Source of the DNA: Thermoleophilia bacterium
Lineage (GTDB): Bacteria > Actinomycetota > Thermoleophilia > Gaiellales > Gaiellaceae
Assembly (NCBI GenBank): GCA_025935275.1
Contig: JAICVP010000001.1
Span: forward strand, 1-34,530
Direction: 5' to 3'
Length of the DNA stretch: 34,530 nt
Under the pieces are notes generated by a model. The model ran no database searches. It was not told the origin of the DNA and saw only the letters and a program-made list of their open reading frames with translations. A program made the position numbers and the translations under genes. Below are positions 8,705 to 16,337 of this stretch, in pieces (position 1 is the first letter of the stretch; each line of letters opens with the position of its first letter).

Positions 8705-9451
8705 ATGGGGAACGCTCCCCTGGAACCCGACGAAGACGAGGTGACGAAAGTGGCACTTTCCCCTAGACGGAGCGACGAGGACGTCGCCGCCACGGAGATT
8801 CGCCGTGAGGAATCCGACGTGCGCGGGTGGGGCAGCCCACCGCTCGTGCGGGCGCTCTTCACGCTCGCGGGGGTCGCTGTCGCCGGCTTGCTCATCTGGC
8901 TTGCGCAGACTTTCGACCTCACGAGCACGAACGGCTTCTGGGCGGCCATGGGCCTGATCGCGGCCGCCGGGCTGGCACTGGGGCTCTCGCAGCTCTTCGG
9001 CGGCTGGACGAAGTGGGGCCTCCCGGTCATGAGCCCGGGCGTCTTCCTGCTCGCGTTCATCCCGACCGCGATCGTGGTCGGCTGGATCCTGCTCGCTACG
9101 CAGCCTGACGGCGGCTGGCAGCAGGACCGCTTCACGGGCTGGAGCAGCGACCTGGGGATCACCGGCCTCGTGAACGATCTCGGCACGCTGCCCGCGGCCC
9201 TCGCCATGGGCCTCGGCATCGTATTCGCGTTCACGTTCGACACCACCGGCCCGCGCACGCGTGAAGTGGTACGGGAAGAGCGGGACGTCGTCCCGGACGA
9301 GGACGTCCACGACTACGACGACCGCCAGGTCGTCGTCCCCGCCGGCACGACCGCGACTACTACGGACGACGACCGCACGATGGTCGCCGCCGGCGATACG
9401 CGGCCGGAGCGGGTGGAGATCAGCGATCCCGAGAGGCGCGACACGCCGTAA
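8705..9451 (+). CDS. Hypothetical integral membrane protein (about 4 TM) with acidic C-terminal tail
   Basis: Hydrophobic segments include LFTLAGVAVAGLLIWLA, FWAAMGLIAAAGLALGL, VFLLAFIPTAIVVGWILLA and LPAALAMGLGIVFAF. The gene is followed by a strong hairpin. Confidence 0.6.
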   Translation: MGNAPLEPDEDEVTKVALSPRRSDEDVAATEIRREESDVRGWGSPPLVRALFTLAGVAVAGLLIWLAQTFDLTSTNGFWAAMGLIAAAGLALGLSQLFGGWTKWGLPVMSPGVFLLAFIPTAIVVGWILLATQPDGGWQQDRFTGWSSDLGITGLVNDLGTLPAALAMGLGIVFAFTFDTTGPRTREVVREERDVVPDEDVHDYDDRQVVVPAGTTATTTDDDRTMVAAGDTRPERVEISDPERRDTP

Positions 9452-9472
9452 CGCGGGATCGCATCCGATCAG

Positions 9473-9499
9473 GAGGGGCGCCGCCGGCCGGCGCCCCTC
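9473..9499. terminator. Perfect 11-bp GC hairpin; likely intrinsic terminator, possibly bidirectional
   Basis: GAGGGGCGCCG (9473-9483), loop CCGGC, CGGCGCCCCTC (9489-9499), followed by GTCGTTTCT. It lies between convergent genes. Confidence 0.55.
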
Positions 9500-9515
9500 G
9501 TCGTTTCTGGACTGT

Positions 9516-9707
9516 TCACTCGCGCCAGGGATTGCCCGATCGGCGCGCAACACCGATGCAGGCGGCATGGAGATCGCCGCCCCGGGACACACGGGCGATG
9601 CCCGTGGCGCGCCCCGCCTCCTGGAGCACTGCGCCGCCGTCGAGCGGCTCCTCCAGGCCGAAGGTGGAACCGCTCGCGCACGTCTCGAGAACGAGCTGGG
9701 CGGGCAC
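9516..9707 (-). CDS. Possible small protein (63 aa), unknown function
   Basis: GTG start preceded by GGAGG 8 nt upstream. By hand count, third-position GC is high (~85%) inside the ORF and much lower immediately upstream. No recognisable family. Confidence 0.35.
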   Translation of the reverse strand: MPAQLVLETCASGSTFGLEEPLDGGAVLQEAGRATGIARVSRGGDLHAACIGVARRSGNPWRE

Positions 9708-9780
9708 CTCGCCGGCCTCCTCTGCCGCGCCCTTGTGCAGCGGCAGCCCTCGCGGGCGCTGATCCTCGCGCTCTAGCGCG

Positions 9781-9975
9781 TCAGCGGTTCAGCTGGTCGG
9801 CGCCGCGGAGGCGTACGTAGAAGAAGATCAGGAACCCCGCGAGGATCCCGGTCACGAGCGCCGTGCCCTTGGAGATCCCGATCGCCAGCATCCCGACGAT
9901 GATGTAGCTCCCGAGGACGAGGCCCCAGACGAATGCCGTGAACCCCGGGCTGAAGGCTGGAAAGCGGAGATGCAT
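9781..9975 (-). CDS. Small 2-TM membrane protein
   Basis: MHLRFPAFSPGFTAFVWGLVLGSYIIVGMLAIGISKGTALVTGILAGFLIFFYVRL. I chose the internal ATG at 9975. TAAAGT lies 8 nt upstream, which suggests a leaderless transcript. Confidence 0.5.
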   Translation of the reverse strand: MHLRFPAFSPGFTAFVWGLVLGSYIIVGMLAIGISKGTALVTGILAGFLIFFYVRLRGADQLNR

Positions 9976-10175
9976 CGGCCGAGACTTTAGCCTGCGCGCT
10001 TCACCGGCGGTGGGCCGGACCAAAAAAATTCACCGAGCGGGTGGCGCTTTCGTCCACCTCACCGACCGACCTTCCGCTTCCGCGTACTGCCGCCCGGTGG
10101 GGCTTCGACCTACTTGCGCTCCCTGCTCGGTGCAAGCGGCAATCTAGGGGGTCGCCAGGTGCGATGCAAGGAGTC

Positions 10176-10203
10176 TGAAAAACGAAAATCCGCAATTTGC
10201 GGA
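10176..10203 (-). terminator. Weak intrinsic terminator downstream of the EamA gene
   Basis: Minus strand reads TCCGCA-AAT-TGCGGA followed by TTTTCGTTTTTC. The stem is only 6 bp. Confidence 0.4.
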
Positions 10204-10273
10204 CAGTTCACTTTTCCACATTTTCCACTGCCTCGGAGACGATCTGTGGGCAGGTTTGTGGAAGGCGGGCAGC

Positions 10274-11152
10274 CTAGCGGAAAATCGAGATCAACGTGCC
10301 GCCGGCGACCACCAAGAGCACGGCTCCGGCCAGGCGCGCTCCGACCACTTCCGTCCGCTTGAAGAGCAGCACGGAGAGCGTCACGCCCCAGAGGGACTCG
10401 GTCGCGACGAGCGGGGAGACCACGGTGACGCGCGCCCGGTAGTAGGCGGCGAAGAGGCACACGTAGGACAGGCCGAAGAAGAGGCCGCCGACCGCGAACG
10501 GCTTCCACGCGATGCGGCGAGCATCCCCGGCGAGCCCCCGTCGCCGGGTGACGGCGAGGTAGGCCAATGTGCCGACCGCGCCTGCGCCCATCGCGACGGC
10601 TGCGCCTTTGACCGAGCCGCTCGAGGTCTCGCCGGAATACCAGCGGACGAGGTTGTCGCGGCTCGTGAAGAGCAGCGTCGCGGCGAAGGCGATCGCGATG
10701 CCGCTCAGGCGCACGTGCTCGGGCCGCGTCGGCTCGCTGACGAGGATCAGGCCCGCTGCGACCACGAGCAGCCCGCCGATCACGAGGGGCGCTTCGATCG
10801 GCTCGTCGAGGAAGACGATGGCCAGCACGGCGGCGAAGAGCGGAGCGGTTCCGACCACCACCGAGGTGCGTGAAGGGCCCGCGTCGCGCACAGCCCGCGT
10901 GAAGAAGAGCTGCGAGGCACCGGGCGCGATCAGCCCGGCCAGGGCGAAGAACGCCGCGTCCCGGAGGGTGAGCTGGGTGCCTTCCCGGTCGAGGACCGCC
11001 GCGACTGCCGCGACCAGGGCCGCTGCGGCGGTGCAGACGAAGGCGCCGAGCTCTGCGTCCGGAGCCCTGCCGTCGCGAAAGCCATACCGAAGCGCCACCG
11101 TCATCGCGCCGAAGAGCGCTGCGGAGAGCAGCGCGAGGACGACTGCGAGCAC
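10274..11152 (-). CDS. EamA/DMT-superfamily transporter (10 TM)
   Basis: 292 aa, hydrophobic throughout, with two similar halves typical of EamA repeats. GTG start. Confidence 0.8.
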   Translation of the reverse strand: MLAVVLALLSAALFGAMTVALRYGFRDGRAPDAELGAFVCTAAAALVAAVAAVLDREGTQLTLRDAAFFALAGLIAPGASQLFFTRAVRDAGPSRTSVVVGTAPLFAAVLAIVFLDEPIEAPLVIGGLLVVAAGLILVSEPTRPEHVRLSGIAIAFAATLLFTSRDNLVRWYSGETSSGSVKGAAVAMGAGAVGTLAYLAVTRRRGLAGDARRIAWKPFAVGGLFFGLSYVCLFAAYYRARVTVVSPLVATESLWGVTLSVLLFKRTEVVGARLAGAVLLVVAGGTLISIFR

Positions 11153-11167
11153 GGGGGAGGGCCCGGC

Positions 11168-12358
11168 CTACCGGTCGGCGAGGGCGCCGTGCGTGTAGAC
11201 GCCGGCGGCGTTCCAGAGCAGGTATCCCTCGGCGCCGGCGTCGCGGGCGGCCTCGATCTGGTCCTGGACATCGGCGAGGGTGTACGTGCGGCCGAGTGAG
11301 AAGTCCTGGAGCCAGGGGACGAGGCGCGTGTCGAGGCCGGTCAGCTGCCGGTCGAAATCCCGGAGCGCGAGCCCGACGGTACGGCCGGGCTGCGCGTTCG
11401 GGTCGGGGAGGTTGTACTCGCCGGGCCCGAAGTGGGACGGATAGACCATGGGATAGATCGTGTCGAGGTAGGGGCCGAGCTTCTTGGGGCGCTGCCCGAT
11501 GCCCATGTTCCGCGTCGCCGTTAGGCCGAAGACGTCGGCCCCGACGCGCACGCCGTACGGCTCGAGCTTTTCGCTCGCGTACTTGGCGAAGCTCGTGATC
11601 ACCGCCGTCCTCGACTGGTCGGTCTTGCCCCGGAAAACCGCGTCGGACAAGTCCCCGTCCGTGGGGAACCGGACATAGTCGAACTGGATCTCGTCGAAGC
11701 CCGCTTTCGCCGCCGCGATCCCGAGCTCGATGTTGTAGTCCCAGACGCGCTTGTCGTACTGATTCACCCAGCCGAGCCCCGCAGCGGTCGTCCAGACGCC
11801 GCCGGAACTCGTGCGGATCGCGTAGCCCGGGGCGTTCTGGCTCAGCACGGGATCTTCGAAGCAAACGACGCGGCCGATGAGGTACACGCCCGCCGCGTGG
11901 GCTTTCTCCGCCACCTCGACCGGGTCGTAGTAGTCCTTGGCGGCGCCCACCTGGCGTGCCAGGGCCACCTTGGGCTTGCGGAAGCCGACCTCGCCGTTTT
12001 CGTCCTTGATGTCGAGCTCGAGCGTGTTCAGCCCGTGCTTCGTGAGCGCGAGGTAGTCGTCGATCTTCCCGGGCACGGAGGCGAGGGCCATCGTGACGTG
12101 CACGCCGCGAATCTCGTCGGGATAGGGCCTGAACTGCGGCTTGGGCGCCGCTGCAGCCTGAGTGGTGGGCGCCTGGCCGTCCCCGGAGCCAGCAACGTGG
12201 GCGTCACGCTCGGTGAGAAAACGTGCGCCGAGGGTCGTCCCGGCCGCGGCGAGCGCTACGACTGCAAGGGCGGCGGTCCTTCGTATCGCGCGTCGCTTCC
12301 GGGCTTGTCGACGCCTGCTACGGAATCGTTCGTTTGGGTCAACAGGCTCCAGAAGCAT
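11168..12358 (-). CDS. Membrane-anchored putative glycoside hydrolase (DUF4015-like TIM barrel)
   Basis: I chose the start at MLLEPVD (12358). A basic N-terminus and one TM (AALAVVALAAAGTTL) precede IRGVHVT...LELDIKDENG...GVYLIGRVVCFEDP...DEIQFDYVRFP, which I recall as the DUF4015 putative glycosyl hydrolase pattern. Confidence 0.65.
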   Translation of the reverse strand: MLLEPVDPNERFRSRRRQARKRRAIRRTAALAVVALAAAGTTLGARFLTERDAHVAGSGDGQAPTTQAAAAPKPQFRPYPDEIRGVHVTMALASVPGKIDDYLALTKHGLNTLELDIKDENGEVGFRKPKVALARQVGAAKDYYDPVEVAEKAHAAGVYLIGRVVCFEDPVLSQNAPGYAIRTSSGGVWTTAAGLGWVNQYDKRVWDYNIELGIAAAKAGFDEIQFDYVRFPTDGDLSDAVFRGKTDQSRTAVITSFAKYASEKLEPYGVRVGADVFGLTATRNMGIGQRPKKLGPYLDTIYPMVYPSHFGPGEYNLPDPNAQPGRTVGLALRDFDRQLTGLDTRLVPWLQDFSLGRTYTLADVQDQIEAARDAGAEGYLLWNAAGVYTHGALADR

Positions 12359-12412
12359 GAACCCCGGCACGCTAATGGAATGTGCATGTTGGCCGCAAGA
12401 AGTAAAACCGCG

Positions 12413-12442
12413 TTGACGCAACACTTTTTGTTGCGCTAAGAT
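12413..12442 (+). promoter_or_regulatory. Promoter of the toxin-antitoxin operon with operator-like inverted repeat; leaderless
   Basis: TTGACG (12413-12418), an 18-nt spacer, TAAGAT (12437-12442), then 6 nt to ATG 12449. A perfect 7-bp inverted repeat CGCAACA(12417-12423)/TGTTGCG(12429-12435) sits in the spacer. Confidence 0.55.
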
Positions 12443-12448
12443 TCGGCC

Positions 12449-12781
12449 ATGCCTGTTGCCACCGCACTCAAGGTCGAGGCCCTGAGCAAGGACTTCCATT
12501 CGCAGCGACAGCTCGCCGCTGCGCTCGGTGTCAGCCCGGCGCAGGTGAGCCGCTGGCGCCGCGGACAGGGGATCGACCCCGAGAACGCGGAGCGGCTCGA
12601 CCTACTCGAGCTCGTCATGTCGTCACTCCTGCGTCTCTATCAGCCCGAGACGGCGGAGAAGTGGCTTTTCGGCCTCAATCCGCTGCTGCGCCACCGGCGT
12701 CCGATCGACGTCATCCGCCAGGGAAGGCCCGAGGAGCTGCTCGCGGCCATCCGTCAGGAGCAAGCGGACTCCTACGCGTGA
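12449..12781 (+). CDS. Xre-type antitoxin (HTH + DUF2384/MbcA/ParS toxin-binding domain)
   Basis: HTH SQRQLAAALGVSPAQVSRWRRG. The C-terminal WLFGLNPLLRHRRPIDVIRQGRPEELLAAI is typical of the RES-neutralising antitoxin domain. The stop overlaps the toxin start (GTGA). Confidence 0.8.
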   Translation: MPVATALKVEALSKDFHSQRQLAAALGVSPAQVSRWRRGQGIDPENAERLDLLELVMSSLLRLYQPETAEKWLFGLNPLLRHRRPIDVIRQGRPEELLAAIRQEQADSYA

Positions 12782-13335
12782 TCCTGTTTCGCTGCCTTGC
12801 CTGGGACAAGGCGGCGTCGCCGCGCGCGCGGGGCGGCCCGCTCTGGTTCCCGCGCATGCTCCAGGGCAACGGACGGCACGACAATCCCGAGGTCTACGGC
12901 TGCCTGTACGTCTCCGTGGAGCCGGTGTCGGCCGTCGCCGAGCAGATCCAGCGCTTGGCCGGCACGTCCCTCGAGCCCGCGGACCTCGTCCGTCGCGGGC
13001 TGCCGCTCGCGCTTGCGGCCGTCGACTTCGACGAGAGCGGCGAGCTCGTCGACCTCGACGATCCCGGCGTTCTCGTGGGGGAGGGGCTGCGCCCGTCGCA
13101 GATCGCCACCAACGACCGTTCCGTGACCCAGGCGGGCGCCGCAGAGATCCATGCGCGGCATCCCGAGGCTCTCGGCCTCCGCTGGTGGTCGACGATCGAG
13201 GCCCTCTGGCCGAACGTCACGCTCTTCGACCGCGCGGAGGAGCTCCTGTCGGTGGGGGACGTCCATCCGCTCGAGCTGGGGGACGGGATCGTGGTCGAGG
13301 CGGCCGAGTATCTCGGCATTCCGATGTCGACTTGA
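12778..13335 (+). CDS. RES-domain toxin (MbcT/ParT-like NAD+-targeting enzyme)
   Basis: GNGRHDNPEVYGCLYVSVEPVSAVAE supplies the R and E of RES, and WWSTIEALWPNVTLF supplies the S. GTG start at 12778, in frame within the longer track ORF. Confidence 0.8.
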   Translation: MILFRCLAWDKAASPRARGGPLWFPRMLQGNGRHDNPEVYGCLYVSVEPVSAVAEQIQRLAGTSLEPADLVRRGLPLALAAVDFDESGELVDLDDPGVLVGEGLRPSQIATNDRSVTQAGAAEIHARHPEALGLRWWSTIEALWPNVTLFDRAEELLSVGDVHPLELGDGIVVEAAEYLGIPMST

Positions 13336-14121
13336 CATAACGCTGATTATCGTGAATCGGGCTCCTAGCCGGTACTCCTGAAACGCGAGGTCCAGCTTAG
13401 TTCCGGCTCGCTGAGACCACTGAGTAGGAGACCACACATTGCAACGTTACGACGGAAACGAGCCAGGGTCTTCGGCCCTTCGGACAGGTTCTTCGCCTCG
13501 ATCCATCGGTGGGGGCGGAGCCACCGCATCAGCCCCACCCCCGAATCGCATCAAGAGGGCGTACTCAGGGATCGGGAACCGTTATTCGGTTAGCCGGAAC
13601 CCCACCAAGGGATGGCCTGGGTTCGGATGTTCCAGAGAGCCGGGCGCGGCCGACGAGTATGCGGCTAGCACCCGCCGGCCTTCACCAGGGAGAGTGTTGG
13701 CTAAGCCCGGTTCTCCTCACTGTACGACGCGCGCCGGCCATTGTGGAGCGCGTATGCCGGCGCCCACGGACTCGCCGCCGATTTGTCCGGCGGCGTTTGA
13801 ATGTGGGAGCATCGCAGGAGGCTGGGGTCGCACACGCCGCAGGGAGCGAGGTCACCCTCTTGCGCCCTCGCTCCCGCTCTCCCGCGGCCCCAGCCTTTCT
13901 CCACAATCTTCCCGGCTTCGCGTCTGTGGGTAAATCGGCCTTTTGACGTAGTTCCCCAAGTCAACCGGGGCTTGTACACGCGCTGAGGCCAGGGATCCGT
14001 CCTTCGGCCATGGCTGGGGCCTCCGCCACACGAACGCGCCAGGGAAGTGGGCTGGTAGTCGGCATCTTTGAGATGTCGTCGGCGACCCGGAAGACCGCGT
14101 CCGCGGCCGCGTGGGCCCCGC
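13336..14121. other. ORF-poor, hairpin-dense, lower-GC spacer; candidate structured RNA(s) or decayed element
   Basis: No frame has coding-like composition; the longest + ORF has third-position GC of only ~65% by hand count, and its translation is R/P/G/S junk. Strong helices: 13731-13738/13756-13763 (8 bp); 13773-13780/13788-13795 (8 bp, followed by TTT); nested 13820-13827/13888-13895 (8 bp) around 13842-13851/13866-13875 (10 bp); 13985-13990/14018-14023 (6 bp). Confidence 0.3.
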
Positions 14122-14580
14122 CTACGGCTTGAGATCGAGCGATGCCTGACTGCTCTCCATATCGAAGGGCACCGAGGCATGTGTATGAGTGACCGTCCAG
14201 TGCTCGCCGAGCTTGCGGAAGCAGGCGGTCGCTCGCCAAAACATGTCGATCTCTTGCCCCTGCTTGGTCGTGGCGCGGACGTGATTCAGGGAGTGGCTGA
14301 ACGCAATGCCATCGCCAGCGGTGATCTTCAAGTCGTGGTTTTCGAAATCGATCGGGCCGTCGAACGACGAGAACCAATCCTCGAGGCGCCTCCGAACGGC
14401 ATCGACGCCAACGTTTTGGAGCGGATTGACGAGGTCGAACGTGAGCACATCGGGCGCATAGCCAAAGACGCTCCCGTCGATGTCCTTGGCACGAATCGAC
14501 TTGGCCCAACCGTCGATCAGTCGGCGGATTTGGGCTCCGTCCGTCTCTGTGCTTGCGGTCGTGCTCCTCGGCGCATCCAT
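14122..14580 (-). CDS. NTF2-like / SnoaL-like (DUF4440-type) small protein
   Basis: I chose the start at MDAPRS (14580), with AGGAG 5 nt upstream. IRRLIDGWAKSIRAKDIDGSVFGYAPDVLTFD...FWRATACFRKLGEHWTVTHTHASVPF is the typical NTF2-fold pattern. Confidence 0.7.
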   Translation of the reverse strand: MDAPRSTTASTETDGAQIRRLIDGWAKSIRAKDIDGSVFGYAPDVLTFDLVNPLQNVGVDAVRRRLEDWFSSFDGPIDFENHDLKITAGDGIAFSHSLNHVRATTKQGQEIDMFWRATACFRKLGEHWTVTHTHASVPFDMESSQASLDLKP

Positions 14581-15002
14581 GTCATCTCCTGTTTGTGCGG
14601 GCCGCTTGTATCCGTCCTCCCCATCCCCACTTGAGCGAATGCGAACACTCGCGCGGGCGTAGCCCGCGCCGGCCACCCTTCCGCAAAGTCAAGGCTCCCG
14701 GCTCGCTGCCGATACCTGACGATGGGTCGGGGCAAGCTCTCCTCTCTCCCGAGTCAGGACCGCCGATGAGCCGCATGTCGCTGAGGTCCGCGCCCCGGCC
14801 CCTCCCAAACTCTGAGCGTAGGGCTTCCGCCCGAGCCGCCGAGCGACGAATGAGCTCTTCGGTCTTCCTCGCGGCCAGGCGAATTGCGGCTTTAGACCCG
14901 GATTTGCCCCGGACGGGGGATGTAGTGAGGACGGGTTTCGACCTTCCTTAGAGAGGCTCGTTCATGCGAGAGCTGACGGGAACTGCGGATAGGAGAGCGG
15001 CT

Positions 15003-15734
15003 ATGAGGAAATGCTTGAGAAGGGCGTTCATCCTCTCTGTGTTCATCGTCGTCTTCGTGGCGACAGCGGCGACTGCGGCGAACGCGGGTGATTCAACCGG
15101 GGAAGTTGCCCAGCTCGAGGACGTCTCGAAGCAGGTGTCCTCCATCGAGAACAAGATTGACGAGCTGCTCGGGCACGGGGGGTGGGCAAGGCCAGGACGG
15201 CTGCTCGAAAGTGCGGATTGCGGTTACGGCGATCCGTCTTCCCAGTTCGCAGCATGGGGAGATGCCGCTGCCTACGTGCTGGCGCCCCAGGGCGACCTGT
15301 CGGCCACCGACGGCTGGACACTGAACAAGCAGGCGACCGTCGTTTACTCGGCGGACCCGTTCAGCGGCGCCGAGCATTCACTCCTACTCTCAAAGGGAGC
15401 GGAGGCGGGAACGCCGGCGATGTGTGTGACGCTCGACAACCCTACGATCCGCTTTTTCATCAGGGATCGCGGCGGCAACGAGAAGTCTCATCTGAAGGTC
15501 GACGTTCTCTACGAGGACTTCGGCGGCCACATCAAGCGTCTAACGATCGCGAGGCTACAGGCCGGAAGCGAATGGGAGCCGTCTTTGATCCTCCCGATCT
15601 ACATGAACGTCCTCGCGCTCGCGTCGCCGAGCGGCGTGACTGCCGTCGCATTTCGGTTCAAGGCCGAAGGGCTGCAGAAGGACGAAACGCTGTCGATCTC
15701 GAGTCTCTACATCGATCCCCTCAAGATGAGCTAA
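15003..15734 (+). CDS. Secreted hypothetical protein
   Basis: I chose ATG 15003, with GGAGAG about 7 nt upstream. Signal peptide MRKCLRRAFILSVFIVVFVATAATAANA. The rest is beta-rich. No family recognised. Confidence 0.65.
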   Translation: MRKCLRRAFILSVFIVVFVATAATAANAGDSTGEVAQLEDVSKQVSSIENKIDELLGHGGWARPGRLLESADCGYGDPSSQFAAWGDAAAYVLAPQGDLSATDGWTLNKQATVVYSADPFSGAEHSLLLSKGAEAGTPAMCVTLDNPTIRFFIRDRGGNEKSHLKVDVLYEDFGGHIKRLTIARLQAGSEWEPSLILPIYMNVLALASPSGVTAVAFRFKAEGLQKDETLSISSLYIDPLKMS

Positions 15735-15744
15735 ATCAGCGGCG

Positions 15745-16011
15745 GTGCCGCGGCGTGTCCACGACCGCGAAACGTCATCAACGGATGACGCGTCGTCCAC
15801 CCTCCCGCTCATCTGCGAGTGCGGCTCGGCGGATTGCAAGGACACGATTGAGGAAGTACCCAGCCTGGCATCCTGCGGCCTAGCCCGACTTTTCATTGCA
15901 CTGCCGGCATCGCATGCGACGGGAGTCCTCTTCCTTCGCTTTTTCTCAGCCCGTGAACGCCGGTTATCGCCGGCTTGCCACCGCTCCGCGGGAAGGCTAG
16001 GTGCTGCCTAG
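15745..16011 (+). CDS. Possible degenerate paralogue of the CECGxxxC small protein (may be a pseudogene)
   Basis: PLICECGSADCKDTIE resembles 1641-1898. By hand count, third-position GC is high up to about 15845 and then falls to ~55%, which suggests a decayed or replaced 3' part. Confidence 0.3.
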   Translation: MPRRVHDRETSSTDDASSTLPLICECGSADCKDTIEEVPSLASCGLARLFIALPASHATGVLFLRFFSARERRLSPACHRSAGRLGAA

Positions 16012-16109
16012 CCGGAAGGCGGTTTTACATTTTCCAAACGTGGTATATCCCACGGCCAAGGGTCTTCCATTGGGAGAGGATCCGGGACGTACAAAGGGAG
16101 AGGGGAAGC

Positions 16110-16337
16110 ATGAACCGCCTCATCGCAGTTCTCGCCGTTCTCATGGTCAGCTTCGTGCTGGTCATTCCGGCCTTTGCGGCAAACCCGTCGGGTCAGACTC
16201 CGAAGCAGGGAAAGGCCACCTGCCTCGCCAACGGCGGGACCTGGTTCTCGAAGTCACAGACGTGTCTCACCACGAGTGGCGAGTGTGTCGCGCTCACCGG
16301 TGAGCTCGTCTCGCCGGAGCGGTTCTGCCGTATCTAG
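16110..16337 (+). CDS. Small secreted Cys-rich peptide (75-aa precursor, ~50-aa mature with 4 Cys)
   Basis: GGAGAGGGGAAG precedes ATG 16110. Signal peptide MNRLIAVLAVLMVSFVLVIPAFA/ANP. The mature part is TCLANGGTWFSKSQTCLTTSGECVALTGELVSPERFC. Third-position GC is high. Confidence 0.6.
   Translation: MNRLIAVLAVLMVSFVLVIPAFAANPSGQTPKQGKATCLANGGTWFSKSQTCLTTSGECVALTGELVSPERFCRI

Noticed and set aside
8012-9592. 526-aa minus-strand ORF
   Set aside because: It is antisense to two plus-strand genes that have better composition, and its translation is low-complexity R/A/G/P/E.
9261-9776. 171-aa plus-strand ORF spanning the hairpin at 9473
   Set aside because: It overlaps the 3' end of the membrane protein gene out of frame and runs through a strong terminator-like hairpin. 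The translation is R/S/T/A-rich.
10024-10273. Possible tRNA or small RNA in the 250-bp gap (hairpin GGTGG...CCACC, A7 run, TTTTCCAC direct repeat)
   Set aside because: There is no acceptor/T-arm geometry or GTTCGAATC-like loop on either strand. The features are explained more simply as a terminator for the EamA gene plus the promoter region of the small membrane protein gene.
10110-11864. 584-aa minus-strand ORF (R/P/G-rich)
   Set aside because: It is a frame-shifted overlap of the EamA and glycoside hydrolase genes on the same strand. The composition (poly-R/P) is not protein-like.
13405-13470. Riboswitch or ribozyme fragments: GCTGAGA (TPP-like), TTAGTTCCGGC (guanidine-I-like), CTGAGTAG...GAAAC (hammerhead-like)
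   Set aside because: Each is a partial match with the essential partner motifs missing or in the wrong order. There is also no downstream gene on the same strand to regulate.
13700-13725. RNase P RNA: the minus strand reads ACAGTGAGGAGAACCGGGCTTAG, resembling the P4 3' strand ACAGAACCCGGCTTA
   Set aside because: I could not find the obligatory GAGGAAAGTCCGG element or the other conserved regions on that strand within reach. An isolated resemblance is not enough.
14581-15002. The 420-bp gap between the NTF2-like and secreted-protein genes as a possible hidden gene
   Set aside because: Track ORFs here (for example 14553-14951) translate to R/P/S-rich junk with poor codon bias. I treat it as a divergent promoter region and saw no specific RNA motif.
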